In this document: positions 1 through 6,247 of the stretch, in pieces | How positions within the stretch are numbered: the first letter of the stretch is position 1 | Layout of the letters: every line of letters starts with the position of its first letter | Origin: Thecamonas trahens ATCC 50062 | Lineage: Eukaryota > Protista > Apusomonadida | NCBI RefSeq assembly: GCF_000142905.1 | Contig: NW_013657578.1 | Span: forward strand, 1 to 6,247 | Direction of reading: 5' to 3' | DNA: 6,247 nt | The notes under the pieces: generated by a model | The model's input: only the letters and a program-made list of their open reading frames with translations | Database searches by the model: none | What the model was told of the DNA's origin: nothing | Position numbers and translations under genes: made by a program

Positions 1-112
1 TGCCCGCCTCGGTGGGTTGGGAGAAGTTGACTGTTTTCACACATTGTGATAGCAGTTCTCTCCCCACCACGAGTTTGGCCACAGAAATTGACAACCCTCT
101 GCGTTAACAGAG

Positions 113-482
113 GCTGTGGGGATGGATATTGTGGATGGGGGTGATGGGGTGGTGGGGTGGCACACTTGGTCGGAATTGGTTGGTCGGGGTCTGGGGGGTG
201 ATCATGGTTGTTGCACCACACCCGTCCAGCCTCCACACGCTTGCCATCACTCGCCAGCCGTCGCGAGGCCGACCACCACCACCATCATCACCATACACAT
301 CCCACACACACACACACACATGCGCATGCATCCACGTCCACTTGCTCGCCATACCCACATCCCACCAACCCCACCACCCCAGCCAGCCATTGATCACAAA
401 TTCTCACCTGATCACACAACCTCATCACCCACCCCCCGCCCATCAACCATCACCTACCTACACACCACCCATCCCAGTCCCA
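113..482. repeat. Low-complexity region: G/T-rich 113-212 switching to C/A-rich 213-482
   Basis: GGT/GGGGT-rich tract followed by a CCA/CAC/CAT-rich tract running into the gap. Confidence 0.8.
303..320 (+). repeat. (CA)9 microsatellite
   Basis: cacacacacacacacaca, read directly. Confidence 0.95.
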
Positions 483-971
483 NNNNNNNNNNNNNNNNNN
501 NNNNNNNNNNNNNNNNNNNNNNNNNNNNNNNNNNNNNNNNNNNNNNNNNNNNNNNNNNNNNNNNNNNNNNNNNNNNNNNNNNNNNNNNNNNNNNNNNNNN
601 NNNNNNNNNNNNNNNNNNNNNNNNNNNNNNNNNNNNNNNNNNNNNNNNNNNNNNNNNNNNNNNNNNNNNNNNNNNNNNNNNNNNNNNNNNNNNNNNNNNN
701 NNNNNNNNNNNNNNNNNNNNNNNNNNNNNNNNNNNNNNNNNNNNNNNNNNNNNNNNNNNNNNNNNNNNNNNNNNNNNNNNNNNNNNNNNNNNNNNNNNNN
801 NNNNNNNNNNNNNNNNNNNNNNNNNNNNNNNNNNNNNNNNNNNNNNNNNNNNNNNNNNNNNNNNNNNNNNNNNNNNNNNNNNNNNNNNNNNNNNNNNNNN
901 NNNNNNNNNNNNNNNNNNNNNNNNNNNNNNNNNNNNNNNNNNNNNNNNNNNNNNNNNNNNNNNNNNNNNNN
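483..971. other. Assembly gap (489 N)
   Basis: Run of N. Confidence 1.
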
Positions 972-1000
972 CTGGCTCACGCCCCGCGGCCGCAATCTGA

Positions 1001-1608
1001 CCTCTGCCATCGAGGTGTGGCCGCCGACCGCACCCTCGCTCGCAGCCGAGTGCTGCTGAAGACAACGCCATCGTCCTCCTCGCCGACGTTACCGCTGGCA
1101 TGACGACTGTCACGCCGTTCATGGGCTGGGCAAACAACAAGCCGACCACGCTCCGTCCACCACAGCCGCGCTGCAGCCTGGACACCACCGCCCTGGCGGT
1201 CGATGCAACGTCGTCGTCCTTCCTCAAGAGCGCGCTGCGGTTCCAGCTCGCCATCAAGCTAACAGCGGAAGCAACAAAGCCCTACGTTTTTTTTTTTTCA
1301 GACGAATGGGACATCCGGTTGCTCGACGACATCGAGCACATGTCATCACCCCTCAACAGACTCTTCGTCGCCAGATTTCGCACACTCTGAGCACTTCTTT
1401 TGTTTTCAGTCGGACCCCAGCCATCCCCTCTCCCATCGCCACACCCGAGCCGCACATGCCGCGCCAGCTCCCAGCAAGCGAGCACACAGCCTACTCACAC
1501 ACACGTATGCTGGACATCCTCTCCAGCCCGATCTACCACCTCACCCTCGCATCGGCCTCCCATCGCCTTCTCAGCCACCCGTCCGACGCCCCCAAAGGCC
1601 GACGCTAA
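1001..1608 (+). pseudogene. Coding-like degraded sequence, possibly the N-terminal part of the same retrotransposon ORF
   Basis: Frame +2 is open 1001-1390 with GC3-rich codons (AEDNAIVLLADVTAGM...SSFLKSALRFQLAIKL...WDIRLLDDIEHMSSPLNRLFVARFRTL*ALLLF) and continues past the TGA in the same frame as the RT motifs. A coding-like patch RMLDILSSPIYHLTL lies in frame +1. No family motif was recognised. Confidence 0.35.
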
Positions 1609-1679
1609 AAAGCCAACCACAAACGACCCCGATCCCATGGGCCTCACCTCCCCCGAGTCGGACGACCGCAGATCCCTCG

Positions 1680-2350
1680 TCGGCGAGCTGGCTGCCATGA
1701 ACCCCCTCTGTGCACTCAACAGAGCTGATGCCCGCCTTCCATCGCCATCTCAACTTGCATACGACTGGCCGACCGCTCCCTCACCCTCCCTCGCCCTAGA
1801 TACTCTGAACACAAGCCCCCACAGCAACAGCCGTACGGAGGACCATGGCCATCAGCCCGATNNNNNNNNNNNNNNNNNNNNNNNNNNNNNNNNNNNNNNN
1901 NNNNNNNNNNNNNNNNNNNNNNNNNNNNNNNNNNNNNNNNNNNNNNNNNNNNNNNNNNNNNGCAGACAGCACCACCCTTTCACACCACTCTCTACCGCTA
2001 TCCGTTGGATGAAGGCTCTAACAATACTAACAATCAAAAAGCCAGGCGCAGGCACCGAGCTGCGACGGCATCGCAGCAGGGGGGTCGAGACCGCACGATC
2101 ACGCCAGCATCGTCGCTCCCCCCTTTGCCGACAATCGTGTCCATCCGTCCGCCGTGCCTCGCAGAAGACCAACTCTGACGTCGTCGCCATCAGCTTCACT
2201 CACCAAAGTCGTCATCAGCCGCCGCATCGCCCGCGACAACCTCATCAGCTGCGCCCCCGGCGCTCACGCTCGCCGTCAACAGCACCGTCAGACCTAGCAG
2301 CAGGCTCATTCTCCGATCATGCGCGCCAACCACCCGGGCACATCGACGCT
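1680..2350 (+). mobile_element. Degenerate non-LTR retrotransposon reverse transcriptase fragment, CRE-clade-like
   Basis: Collinear motifs across frameshifts. ELAAMNP...LDTLNTSPHSNSRTEDHG (domain-0-like, 1685-1850). ILTIKKPGAGTELR/GIAAG/ETAR (2024-2098), cf. LxxxxKPxxGxRPIAVGExxRR. IV/SVRRASQKTNSDVVAISF (2134-2197), cf. IVHxVRxxxxxxPDxVxxxxD. LTKVVISRRIARDNLISCAP/ALTLAVNSTVRPSSRLIL (2199-2313), cf. xSRxxxLxxLxxxxPxLxxxVxxxYxxxSxL. A possible YxDD remnant, HIDA, lies at 2339-2350. The QGDP motif was not found. Manual reconstruction only. Confidence 0.6.
1862..1961. other. Assembly gap (100 N, a conventional unknown-size value)
   Basis: Run of N. Confidence 1.
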
Positions 2351-2694
2351 CTGTCACAACACCACACCCGCCGTGGCCTCGTCCATCTCATCCGCGTCTG
2401 CCGATCGCTACGTCCTCGTCGAGGCTCACCTTGGCGGCAGCTGCTCGGCCCGGATTGCCTCGATTTGGTCACCACGCTGACTCGCAAGCGCGTAGCCACT
2501 GCATCGAGCCCAGCAGCCCCGTGAGACCTGGTCGGCGGTGGAACGGGTCGGAGGGGGGTCGCAGTTGGGGCTGTCAAGAACGGGAGCGGTCGATCGAGTC
2601 GGGGGGGTAAGGCTGGGTGCAGCAGTTGATCACCTCTCCGATGGTGCCGGCTGACATCAGAGTCTGGAACTCCGAGCTCGGCTCCCTGCCAGGC

Positions 2695-3023
2695 CGCCAC
2701 GGATTCCATCGAACGAGTCGTCACGGTCTGCTGCCTCTCTGCTNNNNNNNNNNNNNNNNNNNNNNNNNNNNNNNNNNNNNNNNNNNNNNNNNNNNNNNNN
2801 NNNNNNNNNNNNNNNNNNNNNNNNNNNNNNNNNNNNNNNNNNNNNNNNNNNNNNNNNNNNNNNNNNNNNNNNNNNNNNNNNNNNNNNNNNNNNNNNNNNN
2901 NNNNNNNNNNNNNNNNNNNNNNNNNNNNNNNNNNNNNNNNNNNTTGACACGCTTCCTGAGACTCCATGTCCTGCATGGCGCAAGGGTAAGCACCGTGTCG
3001 CCGATAAATGCCAGCCGCTTGAA
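2695..3023 (-). pseudogene. RNase III-family domain within the decayed minus-strand gene
   Basis: FKRLAFIGDTVLTL at 3023-2982 matches the RNase III signature (NERLEFLGDxxL; Mini-III LAYIGDAV). After a frameshift (AMQDMESQEACQ) and the 200-N gap, AERQQTVTTRSMESVA loosely matches the next conserved helix (RxxLVxxxxLAxxA). The second acidic motif (DxxEA) is not clearly present. Confidence 0.7.
2744..2943. other. Assembly gap (200 N)
   Basis: Run of N. Confidence 1.
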
Positions 3024-3446
3024 CGGTGTGTCGCTCTTGTTCGACGCGATCGCCGTGGCAATGACCGCGTTCAGCCACTCGCAGCTGGCGGACATGCCCA
3101 AGACAGCCACCGTGTCATGAACCCGCTTGCGGACCCCGTACATCCGCAAGTGCTTGCACCCCATGGCCACCGCTTGGTCGATGGCGGCGCCGCAATCTGT
3201 CGATACCAGAAACTGAACCAAGCTTGTCACATTGCCCTTGACGCAGCTGTTGTCGTCATTGGCATCGTCGTCCACCAGCACAGCCTCCGGACACTCGCGC
3301 CCGAGGACGGCCCAGAAAGAGGACACATCACCCCTGTCAACAACCTCGAGAGGATACGCCCAGAGGTGCTTCTTGTTTGACCGGTGCCACCAAAACGTGA
3401 CCGATCACGCCTTCTCGAGCTCTGCGCGGCCCTTGAAGCGGCGCAT

Positions 3447-3652
3447 NNNNNNNNNNNNNNNNNNNNNNNNNNNNNNNNNNNNNNNNNNNNNNNNNNNNNN
3501 NNNNNNNNNNNNNNNNNNNNNNNNNNNNNNNNNNNNNNNNNNNNNNNNNNNNNNNNNNNNNNNNNNNNNNNNNNNNNNNNNNNNNNNNNNNNNNNNNNNN
3601 NNNNNNNNNNNNNNNNNNNNNNNNNNNNNNNNNNNNNNNNNNNNNNNNNNNN
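3447..3652. other. Assembly gap (206 N)
   Basis: Run of N. Confidence 1.
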
Positions 3653-4409
3653 GCATCCCGAGCCCCTCGACCGAGTACTTGGCTGTGTCCGAGACCGCTA
3701 CATCCGACGCCGCGTACAGCGCCTGCAGGAGCCGCACTGTTATCTTGTCCTGGCCGACCACTACAATCAAGCGCGCCCGATTCAAGTCGACCCCGCGGTG
3801 GCTGCTTGTGTAGATGATACAGGACTTGAACTCGCTGTGGCTACTGACCATGATGTTCTCGCCATCCATGAGCTTCTCCAGCTTGGACGACACACGTAGT
3901 CCAGGATTATTCTTTTGCTCGTCGCCGCGCGCCACCATCGGCAACAGGGCACGACCCAGTTTGGACGAGGTGCGTGGCGAGTCAAGCCCGATGGCAACCT
4001 TGGCACCAGCTGGCAGCGGCATGGGATCGCCACTGGCTTCTGTGGCTGTCCGTGTCTGCGAAGTACACGTGTTGGCCACGCTCGGATAGTGTGTGAAGGA
4101 GACGATGGCCTCGGCAAACTTGATCACATCCTCGTCGGAAGGGCTGCTGGTGGAAGTGGGCGTTGTGCCAACTCTCGTCTGCGCACACCTGAAGGACGCC
4201 CTCCTACCGGGCCTCGATCGCGTAAAAGCATCCAGCTCGGCTTGCTACGCTAACATGCCTTGCCTTGCCGCCATGGGTACGGAATGGGGACCGATGAACG
4301 GGTTGTCGACTTGGCGGAGATCCGTGTAGAAGTGAGGTGTTGTGTAGTAGCCGTTGTTGTAGCTCTGAATCGTCAGTCGCCGAAAGATTTTGGTGATCAC
4401 TGCTCGGCT

Positions 4410-4526
4410 NNNNNNNNNNNNNNNNNNNNNNNNNNNNNNNNNNNNNNNNNNNNNNNNNNNNNNNNNNNNNNNNNNNNNNNNNNNNNNNNNNNNNNNNNNN
4501 NNNNNNNNNNNNNNNNNNNNNNNNNN
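4410..4526. other. Assembly gap (117 N)
   Basis: Run of N. Confidence 1.
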
Positions 4527-5716
4527 GTCCAGCAACTGGCCAGTCGGTAAAGCCATCCACGCATAGACCTCAGTCGTGGCCAGCCCATGACGCACTCGCA
4601 TGCAGCGCTCGTCACAACTATGTACTCAGTCCGTGGCCCACATCCCCAGTACCAACCGCCCGATGACCATTTACCCCCTCACGTCATGTCGTAGCCATTG
4701 CCGCAGGCTCATCGGCGCTCCACCGTGGCCATCGCCCCGATCGCAATCAGCATCATCACAGAGACCCCCGCCCGCCGCACAGCATCCGCACTTTCCCACA
4801 ACATGTCGTCCTTCCTACAGGCACACGTCCAGCAGACGTGAAAGTCGCACAGCATGTAGTACCCATCACCATCGCATCGGAACTGATGATTGCCGAGACA
4901 GACCACAGGCTCAAGCCGCATGGCGCTCGACCTCATCCATCCTCACGCGGGACACCAGCTTCGACATCGACCATGATCCCCATCGATCAGCCGAGCCCAA
5001 GGACAGATCGGGCATCTCACAGTGCCTGTACCAAGTGCGCTCGGCCATCTCCAGCTCCCAACCAGCCGATCGCCCCGCTCGCTTGACGGCTCGAGATGTC
5101 CTCGCATCTATCGCGCTCGCCATCTCTGCCTGCCGGATCACGTCAATCAGCACAGTGACCCACCCCCGGCGTTCGGCCGGCCAAGCCCAACCAGCCCATC
5201 AGCAGAAGTTAGGCAAGACCGAGGCGCAGTGGCCAGCAGACGTTGATCGAGACACCCACAAGCACAGCAGCGTGTTGGGCATGTCCGCAGAATTCATCGA
5301 CGACGTCTGGCGGAGGGACGAGTTGGAGAGAGGCCGACGGAGAGGCATGCCCTGGAGAGGGAAGAGCGAGATCATTGCGGAGGTGATCAAGGCAGAGACC
5401 CATCCGACGGAGCGGGTGGAAGGGGCGGGCGGTGGCGGGTGGTGGCAGGGCTTCCCGGCAGACGGGGCAGGGAAGGGCACGACGTCACAGTGCCGAGATT
5501 GACGTCAGTGCCGGGACGACCAATGGAGGGTGACGGGGTGGTCTGACGGGAATGATGGATACGGGACCATGGGGATGTATAGAGGGTGATCGAGAGGATG
5601 TACAAGTGGGGAATGAGTATGGTGGGGGTGTCTGAGTGGTGGAGGGGGCTGTGATCCTGCCTGACACGATCAGAGTCAACTCTTTTGGATGGCTTTGATT
5701 TCTGCCGAATGGCTGT

Positions 5717-5780
5717 GTGAGTGGGTGGGTCGCGGGGGGGTATGGGGAAGGTGGGGAAGGCACTCCTCTCTATCTGACAG
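5717..5780 (+). other. Possible short (64 nt) spliceosomal intron in the 5' UTR of the LRR gene
   Basis: GTGAGT at 5717-5722; pyrimidine-rich ctcctctctatctgacAG ending at 5780, 14 nt before ATG 5795. Splicing would create TAG in the LRR frame, so it could only be a UTR intron. Confidence 0.3.
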
Positions 5781-5794
5781 AGTGGAGAGGGAGT

Positions 5795-6247
5795 ATGGCT
5801 GCGAATGGTGCTGGACGGAAGGTGGACGTGAAGAAGGCGAGGACGGTGGAGGAGGTGAGGAGGGCTCTGGGGAATGGCGTGGGCGTGGGCGAGGTGGGGG
5901 CGAGTTACAATGAGTCCTTCACCGACGCCATGGCCATGGTGGTGGCGGAGATGTGCCCCAACCTCACAACCCTCGACTTGTTTAGCTGCTCCAACATCAC
6001 CGATGCGGCAGTGGTGGCGGTGGCCGGTGGCTGCCCCAACCTCACAACCCTCAACTTGTTTAGCTGCTCCAACATCACCGATGCGGCAGTGGTGGCGGTG
6101 GCCGGTGGCTGCCCCAACCTCACAACCCTCTACTTGGAATACTGCTCCAACATCACCGATGCGGCAGTGGTCGCCCTCGCCGGTGGCTGCCCCAACCTCA
6201 CAACCCTCGGCTTGGACAACTGCTCCAACATCACTGATGCGGCAGTG
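5795..6247 (+). CDS. Leucine-rich repeat protein, cysteine-containing subtype (LRR-CC / FBXL-AMN1-like repeats), 3'-truncated by the window edge
   Basis: Frame +2 is open from 5699 to the window end. ATG 5795 lies in an agtATGG context. Translation: MAANGAGRKVDVKKARTVEEVRRALGNGVGVGEVGASYNESFTDAMAMVVAEM-CPNLTTLDLFSCSNITDAAVVAVAGG-CPNLTTLNLFSCSNITDAAVVAVAGG-CPNLTTLYLEYCSNITDAAVVALAGG-CPNLTTLGLDNCSNITDAAV. This fits the LRR-CC consensus LxxLxLxxCxxITDxxLxxLaxxC. No F-box is visible upstream. The start codon is inferred and upstream exons are possible. Confidence 0.92.
   Translation, partial: MAANGAGRKVDVKKARTVEEVRRALGNGVGVGEVGASYNESFTDAMAMVVAEMCPNLTTLDLFSCSNITDAAVVAVAGGCPNLTTLNLFSCSNITDAAVVAVAGGCPNLTTLYLEYCSNITDAAVVALAGGCPNLTTLGLDNCSNITDAAV
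5954..6247 (+). repeat. 78-bp coding tandem repeat, 3 full units plus 60 bp, continuing beyond the window
   Basis: Units start at 5954, 6032, 6110 and 6188 (tgccccaacctcacaaccctc...). Units 1 and 2 differ at a single base. A degenerate unit (VGEVGASYNESFTDAMAMVVAEM) precedes them. Confidence 0.98.

Larger units (their letters stand above)
2600..5200 (-). pseudogene. Degenerate endogenous viral element: toti-like (Ghabrivirales-type) RdRP with a C-terminal extension ending in an RNase III domain
   Basis: Collinear motifs on the - strand, joined across 1-2 nt frameshifts. SRAVKRAG...WYRHCEM.DL.LG (about 5095-4990). RLEP/GLSR/AIISSD/YYMLCDF (4918-4841), cf. totivirus motif F KLExGKxRAIxxxDxxxY. 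HV/LLDV and RRAGVSVMML/DCD (about 4840-4740), cf. RVLLDP...GVxxMLDYDDFN, motif A. E-c-LRQW (4710-4695), cf. EFLR. VRG*MVIGRLVLGMWATD (4682-4629), cf. GYxxRxIAxLVxGxW. GC3-rich coding-like sequence then continues 4409-2944 with in-frame stops at 4628-4626, 4247-4245 and 3407-3405. Motifs B and C (GDD) are absent. Boundaries are approximate and the alignment is by eye only. Confidence 0.6.

Noticed and set aside
104-1257. His/Pro/Thr-rich, Trp/Gly-rich and gap-spanning ORFs
   Set aside because: Products of low-complexity DNA and N runs.
1287-1301. T12 run followed by CAG as a splice acceptor or minus-strand poly(A) tail
   Set aside because: It lies inside an open coding-like frame (YVFFFS), with no convincing donor site or target-site duplication. 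A homopolymer expansion is equally likely.
4045-4068. VYFADTDS as a family B DNA polymerase YxDTDS motif (Polinton or plasmid type)
   Set aside because: No KxxxNSxYG or DxxSLYP motif lies upstream, and the context fits an RdRP extension better.
3405-4628. In-frame TAG/TGA codons as programmed readthrough or an alternative genetic code
   Set aside because: Different stop types occur together with many frameshifts, and TAG-CAA-GCC does not match the CAR-YYA readthrough context. Pseudogenisation is simpler.
4752-4760. CDD as a mutated GDD (RdRP motif C)
   Set aside because: It is too close to the EFLR-like motif, and the overlapping frame GVSVMML/DCD fits motif A and its spacing from motif F better.
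3088-5288. 14-bp perfect inverted repeat (3088-3101 gcggacatgcccaa and 5275-5288 ttgggcatgtccgc)
   Set aside because: It does not extend, one copy is internal to the coding-like run, and a match of this length is plausible by chance in about 5 kb of GC-rich DNA.
4600-5502. 300-aa plus-strand ORF
   Set aside because: Mostly the antisense shadow of the RdRP-like region, with Ser/Pro/Arg-rich composition. The last part (MSAEFIDDVWRRDELER..., 5281-5502) looks coding-like but has no recognisable motif and remains unresolved.
5905-6123. 72-aa minus-strand repetitive ORF
   Set aside because: Antisense shadow of the LRR array.
5975-6220. DGR-like adenine mutagenesis in the LRR variable codons (gac/aac/tac/ggc; agc/agc/tac/aac)
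   Set aside because: Neighbouring aac and aca codons are invariant, no separate template repeat or DGR-type RT is present, and C-ending codons simply reflect the codon bias.
5954-6247. CRISPR-like repeat-spacer array
   Set aside because: The variable part is only about 12 nt, the 78-nt period is in frame and encodes an LRR, and the context is eukaryotic.

Overview
GC-rich eukaryotic (protist-like) draft sequence with five N gaps (483-971, 1862-1961, 2744-2943, 3447-3652, 4410-4526). Most ORF-track entries are artefacts of the gaps, low complexity or antisense shadows. Reading across frameshifts by eye gives three main components. (1) A decayed + strand non-LTR retrotransposon ORF whose reverse transcriptase motifs resemble the CRE clade (about 1000/1680-2350). 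(2) A decayed - strand gene converging on it (about 5200 down to 2600). It reads as a toti-like (Ghabrivirales-type) dsRNA virus RdRP followed by a possible PIN/NYN-like domain and a recognisable RNase III signature (FKRLAFIGDTVLTL), so it is a candidate endogenous viral element. (3) An intact + strand gene, missing from the ORF track because it runs off the window (ATG 5795 to >6247). It encodes 26-aa cysteine-containing LRRs in near-identical 78-bp units that vary mainly at three concave-face codons. The LRR array and the RNase III motif are read directly from sequence. The RT and RdRP assignments are manual motif reconstructions that need a frameshift-aware homology search.
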